64,000 nucleotides of DNA. Origin: Scyliorhinus canicula. Its lineage: Eukaryota. The stretch is from NCBI RefSeq assembly GCF_902713615.1, contig NW_024055654.1, positions 248,001-312,000 of the forward strand, given 5' to 3'. Below are positions 51,400 through 62,560 of the stretch, in pieces. The notes under the pieces were generated by a model. The model was not told where the DNA came from, did no database searches, and worked only from the letters and a program-made list of their open reading frames with translations. The position numbers and the translations under genes were made by a program. Position 1 is the stretch's first letter. Each line of letters opens with the position of its first letter.

Positions 51400-52600
51400 T
51401 GACAACTTGTATTTATACAATAAAATTAATGTAATAAACATCCCAAAGCCCGTCAGAGGAGTTTCAGAAAGACAAAAAATTGACAGAAAATCACATAAGA
51501 CGATGTTTGAACAGATGGTCAAAAGCTTGATTGGAGAGACAGATTTTAACAACTATTTTTAATCAGGAAAGATAGAGGAGTGGAGAGGGTTGGGAGGGAA
51601 TTTCGGAGTTTCATGTCTGCACTGACCACTAATGGTGGATAAATTATAATCAGCGATTCATGAGGTTAAAATGAGAGAGTGCAGATACTTCAGCAGGTTG
51701 TGAAACTCGGCAAAGACACAGAGGGACAAGTCCATGGAGGGATTTGAATACAAGAAGGTCTCAGCATGACTTGATCAGGAGCCAGTGTTGGTCAGTGAGC
51801 ACAGGGTGATGGTTGAACAGGACCTGGTGTGAGAAAGCACATGGACAGCAGAGTTTTAGGTAAACTCACATTTCCATGTGGGGATGGGGTGAATGTGAGA
51901 GGCTGGTCAGGAATGCATTGGAACCATCAAGTGTAAAGGTAACAGTGGCAGCACGGTGGCACAGTGGGTTAGCCCTGTTGCCTCACGGCACAGAGGTCCC
52001 AGGGTTTCAGCAGCAGGTGGGCTGGAGACAGGTGACATTGTGGAGACTGAAATATCTGGTATTAGTGACAATGTGGACCAAGAGTGTGGTTCAACCTCAG
52101 ACAGTTCCCAGGGAGAGGGATGGACTCGGGAGTTAGGGAACGGAATTTGTAATGGTGACTGAAGACAATGGCTTTGGTCTTCCCAATATTTAATTGGAGG
52201 AAATTTCAGCTCATCCAGGACTGGATGTGGGATAAGCAGTTTGATAATTTAGTAACAGTGGAGGAATGGAGAGGGATGGGGGTGAGGTAGAGCTGGGTGT
52301 TGTCAGTTTACATGTGAAAACTAACATGGTGCTTTTGGATGATGTCACCAGATGGGAAATAGGAGGAGCCGAGGATGGATCCTTGGGGAACACCAAGTAC
52401 AAGGACATTGGAGAGGAAAGTGATGTGAGATGGGATGGTAGTTGGCAACGACGGGGTGATCAATGTTTTTTTAGGATGGGTGATAATGGTGAATTTAAAG
52501 GCGATGGCAGAGGACCAAAAGAGATAGAGAACTGGAAACAGTATCAGCTAACATGGGGAAGTTGGGTGCTCAATACTTTAGTGGGAATAGGGCCAATACA
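51400..52600 (-). mobile_element. old L2-like LINE remnant
   Basis: Degenerate L2 3' end and RT remnants (GVPQGS.LG, FHM.ADNTQLYL). Confidence 0.6.
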
Positions 52601-52611
52601 GCAGAAGGCGA

Positions 52612-52838
52612 GGGCAGCACGGTGTTTAGCCCTGCTGCCTCATGGCGCCAAGGTCCCAGGTTCGATCCCAGCTGTGGGTCACTGTCCGTGTGGAGTTTGC
52701 ACATTCTCCCCGTGTTTGCGTGGGTTTCACCCACACAACCAAAAAGATGTGCAGGGTTGGATTGGCCACGCTAAATTGCCCCTTAATTGGAAAAAAATGA
52801 ATTGGGTACTCTAAATTTACAAAAAAAGGAAAAAAAAA
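52612..52838 (+). mobile_element. HE1-like SINE, tail type C, with A-tail and TSD ACAGCAGAAGGC
   Basis: Direct repeat on both flanks. Confidence 0.85.
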
Positions 52839-52879
52839 CAGCAGAAGGCAGGTCTCATGGACAGTATGAGCTCTGCGAG

Positions 52880-53182
52880 GGTGGCATGGTAGCACAGTGG
52901 TTAGCACCGGTGCTTCACAGCTCCAGGGTCCCAGGTTCGATTCCCGGCTTGGGTCACTGTCTATGCGGAGTCTGCACATTCTCCCCGTGTCTGCGTGGGT
53001 TTCCTCCGGGTGCTCCAGTTTCCTCCCACAAGTCCCGAAAGACGTGCTGTTAGGTAATTTGGACAACCTGAATTCTCCCTCCGTGTACCCGAATAGGTGT
53101 CGGAATGTGGCGACTACGGGTTTTCACAGTAACTTCATTGCACTGTTAATGTAAGCCTACTTGTGACAATCAAGATTATTAG
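52880..53182 (+). mobile_element. HE1-like SINE, long form with tail type D
   Basis: Standard head and body plus TTTTCACAGTAACTTCATTGC..TGTGACAAT tail. Confidence 0.85.
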
Positions 53183-53214
53183 GATAAAGTGAGATACAGG
53201 AGAAACTGGAGATT

Positions 53215-54190
53215 GTTTATATGATGTACATTAATGATCTGGCAGAAGGAACTGAGGGAATTGTTGCTAAGTTTGCAGATGATACAAAGATATGTAGAGG
53301 GACAGGTCGTCTTGAGGAAGCAGGGAGGCTGCACAAGGATCTGTACAGGCTAGGAGAGTGGGCAAAGTGGCAGATGGAATATAATTTGGGAAAGTGTGAG
53401 GTTCTGCACTTTGCCAGGAATAGAGGCAGAGACTTTTGTAAAATGGGAAAAGGCTTCAGAAATCAGACACACAAAGAGCCTTGGGAGTCCCAGTGTGGGA
53501 TTCTCTTCAGGTTAACCTGCAGGTTTAGTTGGCAGCCAGGAAGGCAAATGCAATGTTAGCATTCATTTCACGAGGGCCAGAATACAGGAGCAGGGATGTA
53601 CTGCTGAGACAGTTTAAATCTCTGGTCAGACTCCATTCGGAATATTGCGAGCATATTTGGGCCCGTCTCTAAGGAAGAATATGCTGGCCTTGGATGGGGT
53701 CGAGAGGATGTTTACAAGAAAGATCCCGAGAATTAAGGATTTGTCATATGAGGAGCAGTTGAGGACTCTGGGTCTGTACGCGATGCAGTTTAGAAGAATG
53801 AGAGGGGATCTAATTGAAACTTACACAATACTGAGAGGCCTGGATAGAGTGAACGTGGAGAGGATGTTTCCACTGGTATAAACACTAGAAGCAGAGGACA
53901 GAATCTCAGACTGAAGGCATGATCCTTTAAAACAGAGATGAGGAGGAATTTCTTCAGCCAGAGGGTGGGGAATCTGAGGAACTCTTTGCTGCAGAAGACT
54001 GTGGAGGCCAAATCATGGAGTGTGTTTATGAAAGAGACAGATAGGTTCTTGATTAATAAGGGGATTAGGAGTTATAGGGATACGGCAGCAGAATGGAGAT
54101 GACAAACAAATCAGACATAATTAACTGGTGGAGCAGATTCGATGGGCTGAATGACCAAATTCTGGTCCTATATCGTCAGGTCTTATGTAA
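53215..54190 (+). mobile_element. degenerate CR1 3' fragment
   Basis: YINDL..KFADDTK and RRMRGDLIETY motifs, with CR1 tail. Confidence 0.85.
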
Positions 54191-54287
54191 GATGTGGGAC
54201 AAGGACTTGGATGAGGAACTTTAGACGCAGACTGGTTCGCTGTGTTCGTGGAGAGAGGGAAGCAGCTGATCAGATTGTCTCAATCTT

Positions 54288-54590
54288 AGTGGCATGGTGG
54301 CAAGTGGTTAGCACTGCTGCCTCACAGCTCCAGGTTCGATTCCGGTCTTGGGCGACTCTCTGTGTGGACTTTTCACATTATTCCCGTGTTGTTTCCTCCG
54401 GGTGCTCCGGTTTCCTCCCACAGTCCAAAGCTGTGCAGGTTAGATGTATTGGCCATGCTAAATTGTCCCTAGGTGGGGTTATAGGGATAGGGTGGGCAAT
54501 TGTGTCCAGGTACAGTGTTCTTTCAGAGGGTCGGTACAGACTTGATGGGCCGAATAGTCTCCTTCTGCACTGTAAGGATTCTATGATGAT
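54288..54590 (+). mobile_element. HE1-like SINE, tail type B
   Basis: SINE body and tail. Confidence 0.8.
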
Positions 54591-54845
54591 GCCCGTGACA
54601 ACAAAACTCCATGAGCTCCTCACACTTGTTGGATGTGAGGATGGAGGATGTGAGGGGGAAAGGGAGACCACTTCAAAAGAAATTCACGTGAGGTCGAGAT
54701 ATTAAAAAGTCAAAGCTGATTTATTTTTCTTTCATCAGTAATAGTAACAACTGTAACAGATGTGGGGTTTATTCACACAGAAACAGACTCCAATGAACAT
54801 GATTGAGTCCTGGATGTGATTCAAAGCAAGATCCAATCACTGTCG

Positions 54846-55715
54846 TTACTCGTGAACTTGCTTGTGTCTCAGCAAGTTGGATATCCGAATGAATCCCTTC
54901 CCACACTGAGAGCAGGTGAATGGCCTCTCCCCAGTGTGAACTCGCTGATGCATAGTGAGTTCAGATGATCGTCTGAACCCATTCCCGCAGTGAGAGCATC
55001 TAAACGGTCTCTCGTCAGTGTGAACACGTTGATAGAATACCAGATCCCAGGTCCTTTTGTAGCACTTCCCGCAGTCTGGACATTTAAAAGGTCTCTCATC
55101 AGTGTGAACTCGCTGATGGGACATCAGTTCCCCAGAACCTTTAAAGCCCTTCCCATAGTTCTGACATTTAAATGGTCTCTTGTCTGTGTGAACTTGTTGG
55201 TGTCTCAACAGGTTGGATGAATCAGTGAATCCTTTTCCACACTCGGCGCAGGTGAATGTCTTCTCCCAAGTGTGAACCCGCTGGTGTTTCAATAGGTTGG
55301 ATAAATCATTGAATCCTTTCCCACATGTGGAGCAGGTGAATGGCCTCTCCCCAGTGTGAACTCGCTGATGTCTCAGCAGGCTAGATAAATGAGCAAATTC
55401 CCTCCCACACTCGGAGCAGTTGAATGGTTTATCCCCAGTGTGAATTCTCTGGTGTGCCAGCAGGTTGGATGACTGAGTGAATCCCTTACCACATGTGGAG
55501 CAGGTGAATGGTCTCTCCCCGGTGTGACTGCATCGATGAGTTTCCAGCTCAGACGGGGAACGAAATGCCTCCTCGCAATCCCCACATTTCCACCGTTTCT
55601 TCCCAGTGTGAATGTGTTTGTGTCTCCTCAAGCCTGACGATTGACTGAAGCCTTGTCCACACACAGAACACGTGTACGATTTCTCCCCAGTATGATCGGT
55701 GCTTTTCCCTTCCAT
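54846..55715 (-). CDS. class-1 C2H2 ZNF, 289 aa, 9 intact fingers and 1 degenerate finger
   Basis: Open [15 protein letters not shown]...HKQVHE*. Acceptor at 55815-55817. Confidence 0.88.
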   Translation of the reverse strand: MEGKSTDHTGEKSYTCSVCGQGFSQSSGLRRHKHIHTGKKRWKCGDCEEAFRSPSELETHRCSHTGERPFTCSTCGKGFTQSSNLLAHQRIHTGDKPFNCSECGREFAHLSSLLRHQRVHTGERPFTCSTCGKGFNDLSNLLKHQRVHTWEKTFTCAECGKGFTDSSNLLRHQQVHTDKRPFKCQNYGKGFKGSGELMSHQRVHTDERPFKCPDCGKCYKRTWDLVFYQRVHTDERPFRCSHCGNGFRRSSELTMHQRVHTGERPFTCSQCGKGFIRISNLLRHKQVHE

Positions 55716-55995
55716 GTTCAAACTCGATGATATTCAGGGCAGGATAAATTGGATAACTGTCAGCTCCCGATGTGGTTTGAGTTTCCTGACTGCAAATCCT
55801 CCCCGTCTAATGCCCTGTGAAATTGATTTAAAACAGAAAAACAGTGAGAGAGAACCCACAAAAATCACAAAGGCAGCTTCTGGAATTGAGCTGAATGAAT
55901 CTGGTCATTTATGGGGCCGGCACTGGGAAAAAGTGACCATGAAAACTGCTGGATTTTCGTAAAAATCCAACTGATTCACTGATATCCTTCAGTGA

Positions 55996-56200
55996 CGATG
56001 TGGAGATGCTGGCTTTGGACTGGGGTGAGCACAGTAAGAAGTCTTACAACACCAGGTTAAAGTCCAACAGGTTTGTTTCAAATCACTAGCTTTCGGAGCA
56101 CTGCTCCTTAGGTGAATTCACCTGAGAAAGGAGCAGTGCTCTGAAAGCCAGTGATCTGAAACAAACCTGTTGGACTTTAACCTGGTCTCAGACTTCTTAC
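55996..56200. mobile_element. Penelope-derived palindromic element with a 13-bp TSD
   Basis: Inverted arms at ~56033-56115 and 56116-56201. TSD TATCCTTCAGTGA at 55983-55995 and 56201-56213. Confidence 0.75.
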
Positions 56201-56629
56201 TATCCTTCAGTGAAGGGAACCTGCCCCCTCCCCGCCTCCTCTGTCTGGGCCGACTCAAGACTCTGGCCTCTATGGGGGCAGGGGAGTGAGGGAGGATTGG
56301 GAGCAGAAGCAAGAGAGGGATTTTATATTTGTACAAATCAATCAGGACTGTACCAGAATCTCCCAAACCCTCAACCATCATCTCCTAGAAGGAGCACGGT
56401 GTCAGGTGTGTGTGAACAACATCACCTCCACGCTCTCCAAGTTACACACTATCCTGACTTGTCCACGTCCAGCACTGGATGAGCACAATTTTCCTCCATT
56501 TACATATGGGGAAGACTGAAGCCGCTGTCTTCAGTCCCAGGTGGTGAGTTACTCACCGTAGGATTTCTAGCCTCTGACCTGCTCTTGCAGCCACAGTATT
56601 TATATGACGAGCTCAGTTCAGTTTCGAGA

Positions 56630-59190
56630 CAATTTGGAAAATTGGATACAAAATGGGTAAAATGGCAGAATGCAGAGTGTGATGGTTGGAGGTTGTTTCT
56701 GTGATTGGAAGCCTGGGTCCAGTGGTGTACCATAGGAATCGGTGCTGTGTGTATTGTACATTAATGATCTGGGTGTGAATGTGGGAGGCATGATCAGTAA
56801 GTTTGCAGATGACATGAAAATTGGCGGTGTGGTAAATAGTGAGGAGGAAAGCCTTAGATTACAGGATGATATAGACAGACGGGCTGGTTAGATGGACAGA
56901 ATACAGACATGGTTCAGGGAGGAACAGGATTGGCAGCTGTCCAAGGTATAGAATCATCAGGTGATAAAGGCGGAGGAGTAAAAGATGACGTGAGCTGCAA
57001 TATTGATCAAGGAGCTAATTACTGCAGTGAGGAAGGATGATATCTGCGCAGACACCTCAACTGAGGCCACTCGGGAAGGATGATATCTGCGCAGACATCT
57101 CAACTGAGGCCATTCGGGAAGGATGATATCTCAGCAGACATCTCAACTGAGGCCATCCGGGAAGGATGATATCTCAGCAGGTACCTCAACTCAGGCCATC
57201 CGGGAAGGATGATATCTCAGCAGACACCTCAACTGAGGCCATCCAGGAAGGATGATATCTGAGCAGACACATCAACTGAGGCCACTCGGGAAGGATGATA
57301 TCTCAGCAGATACCTCAACTGAGGCCACTCGGGAAGGATGATATCTCAGCAGAGACCTCAACTGAGGCCATCCTGGTGGAACATAACAACAAAAAGGGGA
57401 CAATCATGTTTCTGGGAGTGCGTCATTGGTCCCCAAACAAGCAGTAAGGGAGAGGTGGAAGAGCAGATATGTAGGCAAATCCCAGAGAAGTGTAAAATAA
57501 TAGGGTATTAAAAGTCAGGGAAGTGGTAGAGGTGTTAGTGATTGTGACCATAACTGATAAGGTTTATGTTGTTATGGAAAAGGAAAACTCACTGGAAATA
57601 AAGGTTCTGAATTGGGTGAAGGCTGATTTCAATGTGATACAACAGGATCTGACCAAAGCAAACTGGCAGCAGCTACTGACAGGGAAATCTTTCCAGCAGT
57701 GGGGGTCATTCAGAAAGGAAATAGAGAAAGTACAGGGCCAACATGTTCTCATGAAGCTAAAGGCTGGGACCAAAATGTTCCGAGTACCCTGGGGGTCAAG
57801 GGGTACACAGAATTGGATCAGGAAAAAAAGGGAGGCAGGAGACCCAAGACGGTGGATGCCTGAGGATTGTAGCAAGTGCAGAGGAGAACTTAATGAAATA
57901 AATTCGGAGAGTAAAGAGGTGACATGAAAAATGCTGGCGGATAAAATAAAGGAGAATTCCAAAGTGTTTTAGAATATATTAAGGGCAAGAGGGTAACAAG
58001 GGAAAGAGAAGGGCCCGTTAAGGACCTAAGTGGTAATCTGTATGTGGAGCCGGAAGATGTGGGTGAGATTTTAAATTAGTATTTTGCATCTGTGTTCACT
58101 GTGGAGAAGGACGATGTAGATATTGAAATCAGGGAGGTCCACTGTGATATAGCTGAACAGGTTAGCACAGAGAGGTTGGAGGAGTGAGCATTTTTGCAGG
58201 TATAAAAGTGGACCAATCCTCAGACTCAGAGGCGATGTGTCCCAGGCTGCTGTATGAGGCAAGGTAGGAGATTGCAGAGGCTCTAACACTATTTTTAAAA
58301 TCCTCTCTGGCCACAGGAGAGGTGCCAGAGGACTTGAGGACAGAATATGTGATGGCATTATTCAAGGAGGGAAGTAGGGATAAACAAGGAAATTTCAGTG
58401 TGAGTCATACAACAGTGGTAGGGAAAACATAGGAAAGAATTCTGAGGGACAGAATTAATCTCCACTTGGAGAGGCAAAGATCAGTCAAGTATAGTCATCA
58501 TGGCTTTTTCAGGGGGCGATCATATCTAACAGATTTGATTGAATGTTTTGAGGAGGTGACTAGGTGTGTAGATGACGCAGTCTATATGGACTTCAGTATG
58601 GCTATTGACAAGGTCTTCTCTGGGAGACTGGTGAAGAAGCCCATGGAATACAGAGCAATTCGGCAAATTGGATCCAAAATTGGTGCGAGGCAGAGGGTGA
58701 TGGTTGAACGTTGTTTTGTGACTGGATCACTGTGTCCAATGGTGTACTGTTGGGATCAGTGCTGGGTCTCTTGCTGTTTGTACTGTACATTAATGATCTG
58801 GATGTGAATGTGGGAGGTAAGTTTGCAGATGACATGAATAATGGTGGTGTGGTAAATTGCAAGGAGGAAAGCCTTAGAATACAGGACAATATAGTCGGGC
58901 TAGTGAGATGGGTAGAACAGGAGCAAATGGAGTTTAACTCTGAAAAGTCTGATGTGATGCATTTTGCGAAGATGAACAAGACAAGGATATACACACTGAA
59001 CAGTAGGGCATGAGGAAGCATAGAGGACCAGAGGGACTTTGGGGTGCATGTCCATTGATACCTGAAGGCAGCAGGACAGGTGGAGAAGGTAGTTCAGAAG
59101 GCTTATGTGATATTTGTCTGTATTAGCTGAGATTGAGAATATAAGAGCAGGGAGGTTATGATGGAGCTGTATAAAACACTGGCTGGGCCA
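56630..59190 (+). mobile_element. degenerate CR1 fragments (short RT piece, then APE-RT)
   Basis: KVLNWVKADF, DFSMAIDKV and KFADDM motifs, with many stops. Confidence 0.85.
57031..57372. repeat. 43-bp minisatellite, 8 units, inside the CR1 endonuclease region
   Basis: GGAAGGATGATATCTCAGCAGACACCTCAACTGAGGCCATCCG repeats. Confidence 0.95.
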
Positions 59191-59237
59191 CAAGGGCCAG
59201 AATCAGATAAGAACACAGTAAAAAAAATAGTAGGAAA

Positions 59238-59460
59238 GGGCAGCACGGTGGTGCAGTGAGTTAGCCCTGCAGCCTCACGGCGCCGAGGTCCCAGGTTCGA
59301 TCCCGGCTGTGGGTCACTGTCCGTATGGAGTTTGCACATTCTCCCCGTGTTTGCATGGGTTTCGCCCTCACAACCCAAAGATGTACAGGCTAGGTGGATT
59401 GGACACGCTAAATTGCCCCTTAATTGGAAAAAATGAATTGGGTACACTAAATTTATTTTT
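59238..59460 (+). mobile_element. HE1-like SINE, tail type C
   Basis: Head, body and tail present. AAAATAGTAG on both flanks. Confidence 0.85.
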
Positions 59461-59479
59461 AAAATAGTAGAGACCGGTC

Positions 59480-60430
59480 AAGGGATGTTTAAGGTTTTGT
59501 ACCTGAATGCTCGGAGCACTGGAACTAAAATGGATTAATTAGTTGCGCAGATAGATGTAAAGGAGTATGTACAGTTGGGATTACAGAGACATGGCTCTGT
59601 AATCCCAACTGTAGGCTCTGTAATCCCAACCAAGGATGGGAACTAAACATTGAGGGCTATTCAGTTTTTAGGAAGGACAGACAGAAAGGAAAAGGCAGTG
59701 AAGTTGTATAATTGATTAAAGAAGATATTGATATCATATTGAGGAAAGATATTAGCACCGATAGTGTGGAATGTGTGTGGATCGAGTTAGGAAACACCAA
59801 GGGTCAAAAAGCATTCATAGGGGAGGTAATCAGACCACCAAACTGCACTGGTAATGTTGAAATAGCATCAGACAGGAAATCAGAGATACATGTGATCAGG
59901 GAATCTGTGATCTTGGGTGACTTCAATCTGCACATTGATTAGGCTAATCAAACTGGTAGCAATGCGATGGAGAAGGATTTCTTGGAATTTGTAAGGGATG
60001 GTTTTCTCGACCAATATGCCGAGGAACCAACGAGAGAGCATTGTCAAGGCCAAGATCGATGGGTTTTTAATCAGTTGGGGAATGAAGGGTTACAGAGAGA
60101 AGGCAGGAAAGTGGACTCAGTGAGTGGTTGATCTATGATCTTAGTAAATGGCAGAGCAGACTCAAAGGGCTGAATGTCATACCCCTCTTCCTATTTCTTA
60201 TGGTCTTGTGGAGATTGAGGGGAAATTGATAGAAGTGCACAAGATTGTTAGGTTTAGATAAGGGTGTTCAACAAATGCTGTTCCTATCCGCTGATTGTAA
60301 AAGATTACATGACACAGATTTAATATTTTGAGCAATATCTACATGGGGGAATGTGAGGAAGAAGTTTTACTCAGTGTGGGGTAATAACTTGAACTCAATG
60401 CTTACACTCAAAGGGAGATAATATTCAGCT
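59480..60430 (+). mobile_element. degenerate CR1 fragments (APE N-terminus and 3' tails)
   Basis: LYLNARS, GITETWL and ILGDFN motifs. Confidence 0.75.
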
Positions 60431-60919
60431 CCTGATAAATCGAACGATGCAGTCAGACTGAGATGTGAGATTTGGTTTGAATTTCCTGTCTGCAAATCAT
60501 CTTCCAATATCCTGTAAAATACATTTACAAAAGCCATCACTGTCAGTCCAAAAATGAAATTCAGAAGAGACAAATATTTCTCTTGGTTGGAGTTTTCTAT
60601 GTGTAAATCCTCCCCTTGTAATCCCCTGTAAAAGGAGTTTCCAAAATCCATCTCTGTCAGTCTGGGATAGAAATTCACTACATTCTCTCCTCCTGCTGCC
60701 AATGCATGCTCCTTGCTGCACTTGGCCCCTTGTCATTATCATCAGCAGACCCTTGATTCAAGGATGATATCTCCTCAGGGTCGTGTTTTTCTGCTACGGA
60801 TCTCCATGTGACTTAACTGTGACTGCAGATCTTTGGACACACTCCACTTATTGCTGACCCGCTATCCAGCCCCATCGCTCCACGCCAGCCACACAGTATA
60901 AATTTGACCCTATTTCCAA

Positions 60920-61225
60920 TTCTCTAGCTTTGACAAAGGGTCATCCAGACTCAACATTAGCTCCCTCCTCTCTCCACAGATGCTGTCAGACATGAAAATG
61001 AAGAAATTAAAATCGCTTATTGTCACGAGTAGGCTTCAAATGAAGTTACTGTGAAAAGCCCCCAGTCGCCACATTCCAGCACCTGTTTGGGGAGGCTGTT
61101 ACGGGAATCGAACCGTGCTGCTGGCCTGCTTTTAAAGCCAGCAATTTAGCCCTGTGCTAAACAGCCCTGACATGACAAGATTGTTCAGTATTTTCTGTTT
61201 TTGTTTCAGATTCCAGCATCCGAAT
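60920..61225 (+). mobile_element. Penelope-like terminal fragment with a nested short SINE (60996-61168, TSD GACATGA)
   Basis: TSD at 60989-60995 and 61169-61175. Confidence 0.6.
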
Positions 61226-61335
61226 AAGATGCCTTTAACTCCATGAGGTAGTTCAATCTGGACAGCAGGATTTGCTTCCTCTTCCTTCTGTATTTTCCTC
61301 AACAATAAGACATTGGGACTAAAGGCTAATACTGT

Positions 61336-61842
61336 GGGCGTGATTCTGCGCTCCCCACGCCGGGTGGGAGAATCGCGGGAGAGCCGCTGTGTCACCCCAC
61401 CGCCATTCTCCCCCCCCCCCCCCCCCGCGACACGCTGCTTGGAGAATCGCCGCTCGCCGTTTTTCCCGGCGACCGGCGATTCTTCGGCCCAAATGGGCCG
61501 AGCGGCCTGACAACTTGCGGGGCAGTGGAGGGGAAGACGGCAACCGCGCATTATCGGGTTTGAGCCGGTCAACCTGCGCATGCGGGGCTGACGCCGGCCG
61601 CGTCATTCTTGGCGCGCGGCTTTGAGGCAAGCATCAAGGCCCGGCGGCCGAGTTTCCCGCAACGCCGCTCCTAGCCCCCCGGGGGAGGGGGGAATGGGGG
61701 GGGGAAGGGGGGAATGGGGGGGGGGAGAAGAGGAGGGGGGGAGAATAGGGGGGGAGAATAGAGGGCGAGGAGCGGCTTCTGACGCCGGAGTGAAACACTC
61801 CAAGTTTCACTCCGGCGTCGGCCGTTGCGGAGAATTTCGCCC
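61336..61842. mobile_element. non-autonomous DNA transposon (PIF/Harbinger-like MITE)
   Basis: Imperfect terminal inverted repeats GGGCGTGATTCTGCGC / GCGGAGAATTTCGCCC. 3-bp TSD TGT at 61333-61335 and 61843-61845. Confidence 0.7.
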
Positions 61843-61859
61843 TGTGTCTCCATTCTGAA

Positions 61860-62560
61860 CAATGGGTAACAAGCTCCTCCCAGTCGTTGCCCCCTATAAA
61901 GATGGCGACCACGCATGTGCCCTGCTGCACATTACCCCAATTAAGATGGCGGCCGTCAACACGCCCAATCATACAAATGGGGGGGGAAAGAGAGGGTTGA
62001 TCGGTTCTTTTTTAGGATTTGCGGTTTGCAGAACATATTTAGGAAGCCGTTTCGCCCACCCACTGGGTCCTTTGCTCCCTCTGAACCGCCATACGCACCG
62101 ATTGCGGATCAGAAAAACAAACATCTCACCCCCGCCATTACGCACACTGCGTATTCCCATCTCCCAGCTTGGTCCCGCCCCTTCTTCAGTCCGATTGGTT
62201 GGAGGACCAGCCGCTCCCTTTCGGTCTTCCCGCCCTCCCCCGCCTCCTATTGGTTCAGATCTGCCGCCAATCATTCCTCGGCAACTTGAAGCATGCGCAG
62301 TGTCGCTGCTGGAGCTGGACAACGGTGCGCAGGCGCATTGGCAAAGAATTTCGAGCATGCGCAGTGTGATTGATGCCTCGGCCCTTGTTTGTCCCGGAGA
62401 AGCGGAGTCAGCATCAGGCGGTGGGTGGGAGGATTTGGAAACACTTTGTGGGTCCGCAAACCCTTCACCATCATTGTCAGCTCCCTGGTTTGCAGCTGCG
62501 GGGCTTCTCCCTCCCTCCCGGGAACAGGCCCAGGTTAACGGGCACCATCCTGCTTCACAC
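61860..62560. promoter_or_regulatory. CpG island and bidirectional promoter with the ZNF module at ~62143-62302
   Basis: YY1-like AAGATGGCG twice, GC boxes, ATTGG/CCAAT and GCATGCGCAGTG twice. Confidence 0.7.

Noticed and set aside
1335-59460. tRNA genes suggested by A/B boxes
   Set aside because: Every instance continues into a SINE body and tail. No complete cloverleaf was seen.
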